From: Methylococcaceae bacterium
GTDB lineage: Bacteria > Pseudomonadota > Gammaproteobacteria > Methylococcales > Methylomonadaceae
Length of the DNA stretch: 64,000 nt
Direction: 5' to 3'
Assembly (NCBI GenBank): GCA_049296695.1
Contig: JBAQSX010000061.1
Span: 1-64,000 of the forward strand
A program made the translations under genes and the position numbers. How positions within the stretch are numbered: the first letter of the stretch is position 1; the number at the start of each line of letters is the position of its first letter. A model generated the notes under the pieces. That model made no database searches and had not been told where the DNA came from. It saw only the letters and a list, made by a program, of their open reading frames with translations. This document shows positions 22,324 through 33,059 of the stretch, piece by piece.

Positions 22324-23597
22324 TAGCCTAATATAACTTGATTTCTACCATTTTTCTTTGCTTGGTATAATAATTTGTCTGCTTTAATTAAAGCAGTTTC
22401 TAAATTTTCTTCGGTTGTAATACAAACGCCAACACTTACAGTGATTTTTAACAAGCTTTCATTGGGTAATCTAATACTATTGTCTGCAATTTTTTTACGC
22501 AATTCTCCAAATACTTTATTAGCATCTTCTGCATTCACGTTAGGTAATAAAAAACCGAATTCTTCACCACCAAAACGGGCGACTAAATCACCAGCTCGCA
22601 GGCTATTACTTAAAAGCTCCCCTATTTTTTTTAATACTAAATCCCCAATATCATGTCCATGCGTATCATTGACTTGTTTAAAGAAATCAATATCAATTAA
22701 TGCCACTGCCACAGGTTTGTGTGAACGTACGGCGCGCGCAAATAGTTTTTCACCCACATCAAAAAAATGCCGTCTATTATATAATCCTGTTAAAAAATCG
22801 CGGGTTGCTACAAAACGTAAATCTCGAATATATTCGAGTAATTCCATATTTTGATTAACGCGACAAAAGAACTCTTCTTCTAAAAAAGGTTTATTAATAA
22901 AATCACTGCCACCAATTTTTAAAAAGCGTGCTGATAATAAATTATTACCATAAGCAGACATACCAATAATGGCGAGCTCTTGTTTGCTGTAAATGTTTCT
23001 AGCTTTTTTAGTGAGTTCAAAACCATCCATCACAGGCATATTAAAATCAGTAATAATTAAACGAATATCTTTATTGCTATTTAATATTTCTAAGGCTTCT
23101 TCGCCATTCTCGGCTTCTAAGACAATAAAACGATAAATCGCTAATAAACGTTTAATATGCAGGCGTGCCGTTCTGGAATCATCGACTACTAAGGCTTTAA
23201 TGAGGGTGTTTCTATTGAGTTGTTTTAAAAGCGAAACAATATATTCAATACTGGCGGGACTTTCTTTTAAAACATAATCGACTATGCCTTTGGCGAGCAT
23301 TCGGTCTCTTAAGTCATCATCAAATTTTCCTGTGAATACAATGGAGGGAATGTTATAACTCAATACATAATCAATAACCTGCCCGTCGGGCGCGTCGGGT
23401 AGATTTAAATCTAATAAGCTGGCGAAAAATTCATATTTTCTTGACTCCAATAACTTTGTTAATTCCGCGTAACTTTCCACAGTGATTACCCTGAAATTGG
23501 GATCTGCTTCTATACTCGCTTTGAGAATACGCGTAAACATCTTGCTGTCTTCGACAACTAAAATATTTTTGGGTGGAGTCTCTATTTGTGCAGTCAT
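22323..23597 (-). CDS. Response-regulator diguanylate cyclase (REC-REC-GGDEF, WspR-like)
   Basis: 424 aa; two receiver domains followed by GGDEF domain with GGEEF active site and RxxD-like I-site context. Confidence 0.9.
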   Translation of the reverse strand: MTAQIETPPKNILVVEDSKMFTRILKASIEADPNFRVITVESYAELTKLLESRKYEFFASLLDLNLPDAPDGQVIDYVLSYNIPSIVFTGKFDDDLRDRMLAKGIVDYVLKESPASIEYIVSLLKQLNRNTLIKALVVDDSRTARLHIKRLLAIYRFIVLEAENGEEALEILNSNKDIRLIITDFNMPVMDGFELTKKARNIYSKQELAIIGMSAYGNNLLSARFLKIGGSDFINKPFLEEEFFCRVNQNMELLEYIRDLRFVATRDFLTGLYNRRHFFDVGEKLFARAVRSHKPVAVALIDIDFFKQVNDTHGHDIGDLVLKKIGELLSNSLRAGDLVARFGGEEFGFLLPNVNAEDANKVFGELRKKIADNSIRLPNESLLKITVSVGVCITTEENLETALIKADKLLYQAKKNGRNQVILG

Positions 23598-24162
23598 AGC
23601 TTAAAGTGTCTCATCGCAGGTATCTTTTTGCCTTTCCAATGCTGGAAATTTTTATTATTGTCTTTGTACATGAATAAAAATTATTCTTTTTATTACGAAG
23701 ATTATTATTAATAATCCATTAAATATTATTTTTATAAAGCTACTTTTATCTATTCAACACCGAAATAATTATAAACTTCTATTTGCCTTGTATGCTTTAT
23801 TATTTTTATTTATTTTTTTGCAATTTTAATTATTAATATTTTTTAAATTACAAAAATAATATGATAAAGACTATCATAAATAGCCAGTGTTAAAAATACT
23901 ATAATAAAGTAAATATAATTGATTGTTGGATAATTATAACCCCAAAGCTTTGTTAATTTGTCTCAAGTTACTCACCACACCGTTGCTTAGTTGATACGCT
24001 TGAAGTTTTTATTTACTTGGTTTCAATTTACCCTAAAAATAAATTAAAATCAATTTGTTACAAGCATTCGTCTAAAAATCCATTATCATGTCTTAAACGA
24101 TTTTGCAAGGACAATAAATAAAAGACTGTGTTACTATTTTATTTTTTGATAAGGATTTTAGT

Positions 24163-25422
24163 ATGGTTGCCCACACCGCTCATGCGACTAAACCCAATCG
24201 TCAAACGCTTTATGTCGCTATTGCTTTGCTGTTAGGTATTGTGGTTGGTGAATTATTGAATTTGACATTAAGCGGTGAGCAAATTTCACCGCTACTTATA
24301 CAAATCATTACTATTTTTTCAGTGCTAACCGATATTTTTTTGCGCTTGGTTAAAATGATTATCGCGCCTTTAGTGTTTGCGACTTTGGTTGTGGGCATGG
24401 CAAAAATGGGCGATATTGAAACTGTGGGGCGTATTGGTATTAAGGCATTATTATGGTTTTTCTCAGCCTCTATTACCAGTTTATTATTAGGGATGTTATT
24501 GGTAAACCTATTTGAACCGGGTAGTTCATTGCATATCGCTTTGCCCGCTTTGGATGCTAAAACAGGACTGAGCGAAATTAAGCCTACGCTAAATAATTTC
24601 GCTAGCCATATTTTTCCAAAAAGTATTATTGAAGCCATGGCTGACAATGAGATTTTGCAAATTGTGGTGTTTTCCATGTTTTTTGGTATCGCTTGCGCCT
24701 CTTTGGGTGATTTAGCCAAACCCAGTGTACAGTTCCTCGATTCGCTATCCCATATCATGCTAAAAATTACCAGTTATGTGATGCACTACGCGCCTGTGGC
24801 GGTGTTTTCAGCAATGGCGGCGGTAATTGCCAAACAAGGCATTAGTGTTTTGCTCACTTACGGACAGTTTATTGCTGAATTTTATTTTAGTTTAGTGTTG
24901 CTTTGTTGCTTGATTGGCGCGGTGGGGTCTTTGTTTTTAGGCAAACGTATTTTTTCGCTACTACGCCATATTCGTGAACCGATGTTGCTTGCCTTTGGTA
25001 CTGCCAGCAGTGAAAGTGCTTATCCTAAATTATTGCAACAATTAGAACGTTTTGGCTGTGATGAAAAAGTCTGCGGCTTAGTATTGCCTTTGGGTTATTC
25101 GTTTAATCTCGATGGCAGTATGATGTATATGACTTTTGCGGTGTTATTTATCGCCCAAGCCTATGGTATTGACATGCCTTTAGCCGATCAATTATTGATG
25201 TTATTGGTATTATTATTTACCAGTAAAGGCGTAGCGGGTGTGCCTAGAGCCTCATTAATTGTGATTTCAGCAACCTTGTCAATGTTTAAAATTCCCGAAG
25301 CGGGTTTATTATTATTATTGGGCATCGACCAGATTTTAGATATGGGTAGAAGTGCGACTAATGTCTTTGGTAATAGTATTGCCTCAGCGGTGGTGAGTCG
25401 TTTAGAAAAAGCCTTAAAATAA
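24163..25422 (+). CDS. Dicarboxylate/amino acid:cation symporter (DAACS family, DctA/GltP-like)
   Basis: 419 aa polytopic membrane protein with DAACS signature regions. Confidence 0.8.
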   Translation: MVAHTAHATKPNRQTLYVAIALLLGIVVGELLNLTLSGEQISPLLIQIITIFSVLTDIFLRLVKMIIAPLVFATLVVGMAKMGDIETVGRIGIKALLWFFSASITSLLLGMLLVNLFEPGSSLHIALPALDAKTGLSEIKPTLNNFASHIFPKSIIEAMADNEILQIVVFSMFFGIACASLGDLAKPSVQFLDSLSHIMLKITSYVMHYAPVAVFSAMAAVIAKQGISVLLTYGQFIAEFYFSLVLLCCLIGAVGSLFLGKRIFSLLRHIREPMLLAFGTASSESAYPKLLQQLERFGCDEKVCGLVLPLGYSFNLDGSMMYMTFAVLFIAQAYGIDMPLADQLLMLLVLLFTSKGVAGVPRASLIVISATLSMFKIPEAGLLLLLGIDQILDMGRSATNVFGNSIASAVVSRLEKALK

Positions 25423-25503
25423 TCCCCGCCTTGCTTATTAGACTTATCGTGGTATTAGGATATTTTCGGCTTAATATTTCTTTGTCATTAAAGTGGAGAC
25501 ACC

Positions 25504-26214
25504 ATGATTCCGATTCGAGATACCGCGCCTTGTTATCACAAACCTTGGGTGACATGGAGTTTAATGTTTGTGTGCATTAGCATTTTTATTACTATGTATT
25601 TAATGCCTGACGCATGGAGTTATCGTCTTATTAATTTATATGGCATGGTACCTATGCGTTATGCCCACGGCACAGCGGGTTATATCGGTTTGCCATTTGA
25701 TTATTATTTATCCTTTGTCACTAATTTATTTTTACATGCCAGTTGGCAACACTTATTAATTAATTGCTGGTTTTTATGGATATTTGCCGATAATATCGAA
25801 GATCGCATGGGACATACTCGGTTTTTAATTTTTTATTTAATCTGCGGGGTATTAGCGACTATTTTGCAATGGTATTTTGACCCTAAACTCACTATTCCAG
25901 TCGTGGGCGCGTCAGGGGCAATTGCAGGGGTATTAGCGGCATATTTCTTTATATATCCACTCGAACGCGTGGTATTATGGATACCCGTATTATTTTTACC
26001 CATTATTGTCCATGTTCCCGCCATTGCTTTTTTAGGTTTATGGGTAATGTTACAATTACACGATGCCACCCAATCGATATTATTTTCTGGCACAACTGTC
26101 GATGTGGCATGGTGGGCGCATTTAGGTGGTTTTATTGCAGGTTCGATATTACACAGATTCTTTATGCTTAAAAACTATCCACCAATTAAATTAAATGCTG
26201 AATTATTAAATTAA
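25504..26214 (+). CDS. Rhomboid family intramembrane serine protease
   Basis: 236 aa; GASGAIAG (catalytic Ser) and HLGGFIAG (catalytic His) motifs. Confidence 0.85.
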   Translation: MIPIRDTAPCYHKPWVTWSLMFVCISIFITMYLMPDAWSYRLINLYGMVPMRYAHGTAGYIGLPFDYYLSFVTNLFLHASWQHLLINCWFLWIFADNIEDRMGHTRFLIFYLICGVLATILQWYFDPKLTIPVVGASGAIAGVLAAYFFIYPLERVVLWIPVLFLPIIVHVPAIAFLGLWVMLQLHDATQSILFSGTTVDVAWWAHLGGFIAGSILHRFFMLKNYPPIKLNAELLN

Positions 26215-26226
26215 TAGCCTAATAAT

Positions 26227-26271
26227 TGGAGGTCAGGCTTTGCCTGAAACTGTCAGGCAAAGCCTGACCTC
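26227..26271. repeat. Perfect 20-bp GC-rich stem-loop (ggaggtcaggctttgcctga / tcaggcaaagcctgacctcc)
   Basis: Perfect inverted repeat with 5-nt loop just downstream of rhomboid gene; no obvious T-tract, so REP-like element or terminator. Confidence 0.5.
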
Positions 26272-26317
26272 CTGATAATTAACTCACAAATCACTCTTTC
26301 TATCAATAAACTCTCTT

Positions 26318-27307
26318 ATGCTAGACATTGAAAAAAATACCAGCACTCAAACGGCATTAATGCGTTTAAAAAATTATATTAATGCTGAAATTATCGGACA
26401 AGATGTATTAGTTGAACGTATGTTAATAGGCTTACTCGCTGACGGACATATTTTAGTGGAAGGCGCACCGGGGTTGGCTAAAACCCGCGCTATTAAAGTA
26501 TTAAGCCAAGGCATACAAGGTGATTTTCATCGGGTGCAATTTACCCCTGATTTATTACCCGCTGATTTAACAGGTACTGAAATATTTAGACCCCAACAAG
26601 GTACTTTTGAATTTCAAAAAGGGCCATTATTTCATAATTTAATTTTAGCCGATGAAATTAATAGATCCCCTGCAAAAGTACAAGCGGCATTATTAGAAGC
26701 GATGGCAGAGCGACAAATAACCGTAGGGCAAGCCACCTATCCATTACCGCAATTATTTATGGTCATGGCAACCCAAAATCCTATTGAACAAGAAGGTACT
26801 TATCCATTACCCGAAGCGCAATTAGATCGGTTTTTATTACATGTTAAAGTAGATTATCCCAATGCTGAGCATGAAAAAACTATTTTGCGATTAGTTAGAG
26901 CTGAGGCTAAACAAAATGCTCTTAAAAACCAATTAGCCTTTGAACCATTAACACAAGCTATTTTATTTAAAGCGCGTGATGAAATACTCGATATTTATAT
27001 GGCCGATAATTTAGAAGCGTATTTATTACAAATCATACTTGCCACGCGTAATCCAAGTGTATACGGCGCGGATTTAGCGGGTTGGTTGCAATATGGCGCG
27101 AGTCCTAGAGCCAGTATTGCCCTTGACCGTTGCGCGAGAGCGAAAGCGTGGTTAAATCAACGTGATTTTGTTGACCCTAGTGATATTCAAACAATGGCAT
27201 TTGATGTCTTGCGGCATCGTTTAATATTATCTTATGAAGCCGAAGCCGAAGGAATTACGACTGATCAGTTTATTAAAGAATTATTATCGCGTATTGCCGT
27301 GCCATAA
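26318..27307 (+). CDS. MoxR-family AAA+ ATPase
   Basis: 329 aa; GAPGLAKT Walker A, canonical MoxR N-terminus. Confidence 0.9.
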   Translation: MLDIEKNTSTQTALMRLKNYINAEIIGQDVLVERMLIGLLADGHILVEGAPGLAKTRAIKVLSQGIQGDFHRVQFTPDLLPADLTGTEIFRPQQGTFEFQKGPLFHNLILADEINRSPAKVQAALLEAMAERQITVGQATYPLPQLFMVMATQNPIEQEGTYPLPEAQLDRFLLHVKVDYPNAEHEKTILRLVRAEAKQNALKNQLAFEPLTQAILFKARDEILDIYMADNLEAYLLQIILATRNPSVYGADLAGWLQYGASPRASIALDRCARAKAWLNQRDFVDPSDIQTMAFDVLRHRLILSYEAEAEGITTDQFIKELLSRIAVP

Positions 27308-27310
27308 GTT

Positions 27311-28195
27311 ATGCAAAATCAAAATAATGAATTAATCCGTGTTTCTTTAAAAACTCTTATTGATTTAGCAGGCCCTGCGAGTAATTTAAAATTGGGGTCA
27401 TTGAGTATTCGCGCTCAGCATAACGGTGGTTATAGTTCGCGTTTTAAAGGGCGCGGTATGGAATTTGACGAAGCGCGTTTATATCAAGCAGGCGATGATA
27501 TTCGCAGTATTGATTGGCGGGTCACGGCGCGAACAGGCAAAGCCCATACTAAATTATTTAGAGAAGAACGTGAACGCCCTGTGTTTATTGCCGTTGATAA
27601 TAGAGCCACTATGCAGTTTGCCACGCGTGGGGTATTTAAATCAGTATTAGCGGCAAAATTAGCGGCATTATTAGCGTGGGCGGCGCATCATCATGGCGAC
27701 CGTATTGGTGGACAATTATTTACTGATACGCATTGCCATGAATTAAAACCCCAAAATGGTAAACGCGCAGTATTACATTTTTTAAATACTTTATGTAAAG
27801 AAAATCCTGTCGGTAATGAAACTATTCATTTAGAACAAGTATTAATGCGTTTAGCGCAACATGCACATGCGGGTAGTTTACTTTATATTTTAAGTGATTT
27901 TCGGGGATTAACTAATAAAGCCCAGCAACAATTAATTAAATTAACCAAACATTGTAGTGTGATATTAATTTTTATTCACGACCCCTTAGAAATGCAATTA
28001 CCCACTAAAGGACGTTATCGTTTTACGGATAATACGCGTGAAGTGGTTATTGATAGTGGTGATTATCAACGCATTAATCAGTATCAACAACGTTTTCAAC
28101 AACGCTTATTACAATTAAAACAACTGGCTAATAGTAAAGGTTTAGCATTATTACAATGCAGTACTAATGATGATGCTTTGCAGTGTTTGCGTTGA
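27311..28195 (+). CDS. DUF58-domain protein (MoxR partner, vWA-like)
   Basis: 294 aa; GMEFDEARLYQAGDDIRSIDWRVTAR signature of DUF58. Confidence 0.85.
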   Translation: MQNQNNELIRVSLKTLIDLAGPASNLKLGSLSIRAQHNGGYSSRFKGRGMEFDEARLYQAGDDIRSIDWRVTARTGKAHTKLFREERERPVFIAVDNRATMQFATRGVFKSVLAAKLAALLAWAAHHHGDRIGGQLFTDTHCHELKPQNGKRAVLHFLNTLCKENPVGNETIHLEQVLMRLAQHAHAGSLLYILSDFRGLTNKAQQQLIKLTKHCSVILIFIHDPLEMQLPTKGRYRFTDNTREVVIDSGDYQRINQYQQRFQQRLLQLKQLANSKGLALLQCSTNDDALQCLR

Positions 28196-28270
28196 ATTTA
28201 TTTGCCTAAGTGCAAAGGCGAATGAATTCGCCCCTACAATACGCATTTATCTTTTCCTTAGATAACAAAA

Positions 28271-28300
28271 CAGGCGTTCAAAAGTTATTTTGAACGCCTG
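28271..28300. terminator. Hairpin terminator (serves minus-strand gene ending at 28347)
   Basis: caggcgttcaaaagttattttgaacgcctg; on minus strand followed by ttttgtta. Confidence 0.5.
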
Positions 28301-28346
28301 TTGACTGTATTAAATAAAAGTGTTTTTCGCTTTAAAAGCGCGATAA

Positions 28347-29243
28347 TTACTTTTTCAATAATCCCGAAATTTTATCAATTATAAAAAATAACAGTGATTT
28401 AATAACATCAACCGATTTTATCGTCATTGCCACACAAGCGGCACGTTTAGCTTTACCTTCTTCTGAATGCCAATGCGCACGACATCTTGCATAACACACA
28501 TCTAAGCCATCAATAAAAACGGGTTTATAAAGCCACATTTCTAAAATAGAAGTTACCCACATAAAGGCAAAAGAAACCCCCATGCCCATACCTGCAAAAA
28601 TCACCAACCACGCAAACATGGGATGAATTTTAGTGAGCCACCACGATAAAATATCAGCAATTAAAAATACATAAGGCATCCCAATGGCAATACATTTATA
28701 TTTATTAGGCGTGGTTTCAGCAAAACTGAAAATAATACCCACAAACATAAAAATAAAACTAATACCAAATAAATGAATATGCGAAACCCGCGTTAATGAG
28801 GCAAAAGTCGCGCCCTTATCTTGTTCAGTTAAGGCTTTTAATTGGGCAAAGTCTTTGAAATTAGGTAATGCCCCGCCAGCTGCTTCATTATGACAAGCCA
28901 CGCAACGATTTTCGACAATTTTATCAATGCCCTCATCTTTATAATTCTCAGCATCCGCGCCACTACGCACCCATTCAATTATTTTAAAACGCTCTGTTTC
29001 AGGGGCGTTATCTTTCATTGAACCATTGAGTTTAATTTCTAATACTGTGCCTGAACGGTTGCCATAATAACTATAAACAATATCTTCAACCGATAAACCG
29101 AATTTACCATCTGCCATGCCGTGGGTGAATAATATCTGCACTAGAGCAAATAAATAACCAATTGCCACCGTGGTCAAATAACCCGTGAACAATACCTTTA
29201 TGGGGGTATCGTGATCTTTTAGAGGAATGTATTTTTGCGTCAT
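28347..29243 (-). CDS. Membrane protein with a single CxxCH heme-c motif in a soluble loop (hypothetical membrane c-type cytochrome)
   Basis: 298 aa; CVACH motif, >=4 predicted TM helices. Confidence 0.55.
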   Translation of the reverse strand: MTQKYIPLKDHDTPIKVLFTGYLTTVAIGYLFALVQILFTHGMADGKFGLSVEDIVYSYYGNRSGTVLEIKLNGSMKDNAPETERFKIIEWVRSGADAENYKDEGIDKIVENRCVACHNEAAGGALPNFKDFAQLKALTEQDKGATFASLTRVSHIHLFGISFIFMFVGIIFSFAETTPNKYKCIAIGMPYVFLIADILSWWLTKIHPMFAWLVIFAGMGMGVSFAFMWVTSILEMWLYKPVFIDGLDVCYARCRAHWHSEEGKAKRAACVAMTIKSVDVIKSLLFFIIDKISGLLKK

Positions 29244-29359
29244 AAGTATTTTTAAGTAGATTAAAGTGAAGTCAAAGCAAATAGTTTTTAAAAACCATAG
29301 ACTTTATTATTTGTTCCTGTACTTGGTACAGTATAACTTATACTCTGTGAAAGCATTAT

Positions 29360-30331
29360 TTAGCTTTTGTTCTTTAACTTGTCATTATTAGTTAATAATA
29401 GCCCTTCTGCTTTACTGCCCAAATACACATAAATACCCAGTGACACCAATAACAGTGCGGCGGCGACAATAATCCATACCGCTTCAATTAATTGTTCACC
29501 ACCGCCATTTAATGCCGCTTTAAAAATCATTAATAAAGCTTCAATGGAGACGGCAATAATAATCACCGCAATAAAATGGGTAATAGTGCGCCGCGTGGAG
29601 CTGTGTCGCAAAATATCTTTATAAAGTAACACTTCTTCTTCTAAAGTAGTTTTACCTAAATCAAAAATCGCTAAAGCCAAAGTTAAATAGATCACCACGC
29701 CAAAGGGAATTTCGATGGCTTGTTTGGGGGTAATTAAAGACTGTACTACGGTAATACATTCTAAGCCTGCGGTATATAACAATACTAAAGCCACTGAAAA
29801 TAAGCCTAAGACAATTAAACTGTACATGGCTTTAAAATAAGGCTCAAAATAAACCCGCCGACTATCACCTGTTAAAAAGGATAAAGTAGCATTTAAATCC
29901 ACGTCTAAGACAATACAGCCTTTAATTGTGCCATCGTCATTGAGTATTTTCATACTGGTTGACATGCACAATTCGCGGCGCACACTTGATAAATACGGTT
30001 CGGTGACAATAACCCCCTCAGTTTTCATTGCCGCTAAAAAATAAGGTCGCTGACTTCTATCAGTGCCAATACCTATTTTAGGATGCTTTTTAAAATGACT
30101 ACCGGGGACATTTAAACAAATTTGTTTGCCTTCATTGTCAAGCAAATATAACAGGCTAATAAACGGATAATACTCGCATAAAGAAGTGAGTAAATCGGTT
30201 AATTCTTGTTGGTTTTGCTCAAACATTTTTTCATCGGCAAAACAACCTAAAATTGAAGATAATAAATGATGAATTGCGTCGCGATGCTCTTCATATTTTT
30301 CAATAACATTAATATGACTCATTTTGGACAT
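29360..30331 (-). CDS. Membrane protein with N-terminal Cache/PAS-like sensor fold and no output domain
   Basis: 323 aa; DRSQRPYF resembles the Cache-domain DRSxRPWY motif; C-terminal multi-TM region. Confidence 0.5.
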   Translation of the reverse strand: MSKMSHINVIEKYEEHRDAIHHLLSSILGCFADEKMFEQNQQELTDLLTSLCEYYPFISLLYLLDNEGKQICLNVPGSHFKKHPKIGIGTDRSQRPYFLAAMKTEGVIVTEPYLSSVRRELCMSTSMKILNDDGTIKGCIVLDVDLNATLSFLTGDSRRVYFEPYFKAMYSLIVLGLFSVALVLLYTAGLECITVVQSLITPKQAIEIPFGVVIYLTLALAIFDLGKTTLEEEVLLYKDILRHSSTRRTITHFIAVIIIAVSIEALLMIFKAALNGGGEQLIEAVWIIVAAALLLVSLGIYVYLGSKAEGLLLTNNDKLKNKS

Positions 30332-30457
30332 AGAAACCTCCTTTAAACAAAAATATATTTAGCATTGTTCATGCCATTTTTAATTGAGGCTTGGTAGAAA
30401 CGACAGATTCGCCTAAATGCGAAAGCGAATCTTACAACACGATTGTAATCACGCGTA

Positions 30458-31870
30458 TTACAAAAGATTGCGAATTTTTAATTTTGCATAACAAAGCAAA
30501 CGATTAATATGTGCAGTATTATTATTAATATTTAATTGAATCGCTTTATCATAATCATTCAAAGCCAGTGCGTAGTTTTTCTGTACATAAAAACAAGAAG
30601 CTCTATAAAAATAAGCTTGGGTATAATCAGGCTTTAAGCGAATGGCAGTATTGAGGTTAATAATGGCAAGATCACGATTATTAAGTTTTAAATAGCAATA
30701 AGCTAACCTAAAATAAGCAATGGTTTTTATAGGATTTAGGTGCGTAACTTTATCATAATTGATTAAGGCAAATTGATATTTATCTTGCGTATAATAGCAA
30801 TTACCGCGACCTAAATAAGCTTGCCAATAAGTAGGTTTTAAAACAATAGCTTTATTAAAATCGACTAAGGCATAATCATAATTATTTAATTTTAAATAAC
30901 AACAGGCGCGTTTAAAATAAGCCTTAGCATTTTCAGCATCGAGTTGGATAGCACTATCGTAATCGATGATGGCGGCTTCATAGTCTTTTTGTGCATAAAA
31001 ACAGTTGCCGCGTTTATAATAAGATTTTGCATTATCAAAATAAAGTTGAATGGCTTTATCATAATTAGATAAAGCCAGTTCACAATTATTTAATTCTGAA
31101 TATTGATCGCCTTGATTAAAATAAGCTCTAGCATCATCATGATTTAAGCGGATGGCTTTATCATAATCGCCTAAAGCCAATTCATAATTTTTTTGTGTAT
31201 AATGACAACAGCCTCTATGAAAATAGGTTTCAGCATCATCATAATTTAATTGGATGGCTTTATCATAATCTTGCAGTGCGTATTCATAGTTTTTTTGTGC
31301 ATAATAACACAGCCCACGATACACATAAGCAATCGGTTCACTGAGATTTAATTCAATGTATTTATCATAATCTATCAGTGCTAAAGGATAGTTTTTTTGT
31401 TTAAAAAAACATTGCGCTCTTTTGAAATAAACTTCAACATCACTGGGATTTAATTTAATATAATAATTATAATCGTCTAAAGCGGCATCATAGTTTTTTT
31501 GAGCAAAATGGCATAAACCTCTATTAAAATAAGGCTCAGGATATTCAGTATTTAATGCAATAACACTATTGTAATCTGCAATAGCAAAATCATAGTTATT
31601 GCGATTATAAAAACACAAGCCACGATAAAAATACGCCTCAGCATCATTGGGGTTGAGTTGAATAACTTTGTCGTAGTCTGCTAGTGCGAGATCATAGTTT
31701 TTTTGTAAAAAAAAGCTCGCGCCGCGATAAAAGTAAGCGTCTGTATAATCAGGGTTTAGTTGAATAAGCTCACTAAATTCTTTTATGGCAAAATCAAATT
31801 CTTCTTGCTCGTAATAGTTAATAGCTAAATCAAATTGTTCTTGTAAGCTTTGTTTATCTAATGCTGTCAT
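30458..31870 (-). CDS. Tetratricopeptide-repeat protein (~13 TPR units)
   Basis: 470 aa of reiterated AYFYRGLCYYAQKNYDLALADYDKAIQLNP-type 34-aa repeats. Confidence 0.9.
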   Translation of the reverse strand: MTALDKQSLQEQFDLAINYYEQEEFDFAIKEFSELIQLNPDYTDAYFYRGASFFLQKNYDLALADYDKVIQLNPNDAEAYFYRGLCFYNRNNYDFAIADYNSVIALNTEYPEPYFNRGLCHFAQKNYDAALDDYNYYIKLNPSDVEVYFKRAQCFFKQKNYPLALIDYDKYIELNLSEPIAYVYRGLCYYAQKNYEYALQDYDKAIQLNYDDAETYFHRGCCHYTQKNYELALGDYDKAIRLNHDDARAYFNQGDQYSELNNCELALSNYDKAIQLYFDNAKSYYKRGNCFYAQKDYEAAIIDYDSAIQLDAENAKAYFKRACCYLKLNNYDYALVDFNKAIVLKPTYWQAYLGRGNCYYTQDKYQFALINYDKVTHLNPIKTIAYFRLAYCYLKLNNRDLAIINLNTAIRLKPDYTQAYFYRASCFYVQKNYALALNDYDKAIQLNINNNTAHINRLLCYAKLKIRNLL

Positions 31871-32276
31871 TTTATAGGCTACCTAAAATAACACACCGCA
31901 TTAAAAATGCGGTGTCTAGCATTGTAAATGACGGGCTTAGTCATTTCGATAATCCATTTACCAAAAATCATAGGGATATAAAACGCTTACGCCTTACTGA
32001 GTTTTATGAGTTGTACTAATATACTTGGTAGTGGTGATATATTAAAAGAGTAGTTTTTTCAATATTTCAGTTTTTAGATTATTGTAGCGGGATACTCTTA
32101 CAATATTAAAAATACTGCATGTCAATAAAACCGCTATAAGCGGACGTTTAAATTTAAGTTAAAACGCTAAAAAGACAGTTAATACTAATAATCTTAAAAC
32201 TTCAATACTTTACCAAGACATAATCAGCGGTATTTATTTTTTGGTAATTCATTAACTGATATATTACTTGTAATTA

Positions 32277-32819
32277 CTAGGTATTACCTTGTTGAATTTT
32301 ACGAAAGACTTGGTTTAAATCGACTTTACAGTAACAAGCTCTGCGTAATTGACTACCCAACATATCTTCTGGGGCAATCACTTCAGTACGAATACCGTGT
32401 TCGCGTAATTCCCAAATTAAGGGTGCGTGATCGTCATCACCACTCACTAAGGTTAAAAAATCAGGTTTTAAACGCATACAAATCGATAAGGTTTTAATTT
32501 GTAATAATTGATCGTCTGATTGTTTAAAACTACCGTCTTGGACACGTTTGGCAGGACAGACAATGGCTTTTGCACCAATCATTTCTAAGGCATGACATTT
32601 ATTATCAATTTGCGCTGATACGGTGGCAACGGCTTCGGCACTATCATTTTCAGGGACACGTTTTTGGACGGTATAAAGGGTTTCAATGACATCGGATTGA
32701 CCATTTGCCATAATAAAACGTAAGAATTCTTGCAAAGGGAAATAAGGAAATCCAAAGTTTCTAGCGGCACGTTCAGCATTTTGTCCATCAATGGCAATGA
32801 TTTTTTTAATGGTATTCAT
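32277..32819 (-). CDS. NYN/LabA-like domain protein
   Basis: 180 aa; IAIDGQN N-terminal motif and acidic residues typical of NYN (PIN-like) domain. Confidence 0.6.
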   Translation of the reverse strand: MNTIKKIIAIDGQNAERAARNFGFPYFPLQEFLRFIMANGQSDVIETLYTVQKRVPENDSAEAVATVSAQIDNKCHALEMIGAKAIVCPAKRVQDGSFKQSDDQLLQIKTLSICMRLKPDFLTLVSGDDDHAPLIWELREHGIRTEVIAPEDMLGSQLRRACYCKVDLNQVFRKIQQGNT

Positions 32820-33059
32820 TTTGTTATTTTTTTGGTTAAGGTTTGTGTAATTTAAAGAGTATTTCTATATTGTCGCTACAAAGACAGGTATTTTTTAATT
32901 AAAAAATAATACTTAAAAACGAATCACGTTATATTGTTTATTTATTTTGTTTAAGTAAAACATTAACGCTTAGGTTTTGATGTAATGTTAAAGTAGCTGG
33001 ACAAATAATAGGTTATTTAAGGTTTTGGTGTTGATATTTTTTGTCGTGGCTGGCTTTAT

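Noticed and set aside
22375-22854. 159-aa ORF antisense to the REC-REC-GGDEF gene
   Set aside because: Overlaps a confidently assigned gene; composition is low-complexity.
24210-24758. 182-aa ORF antisense to the DAACS transporter gene
   Set aside because: Entirely within the transporter gene on the opposite strand; no motifs.
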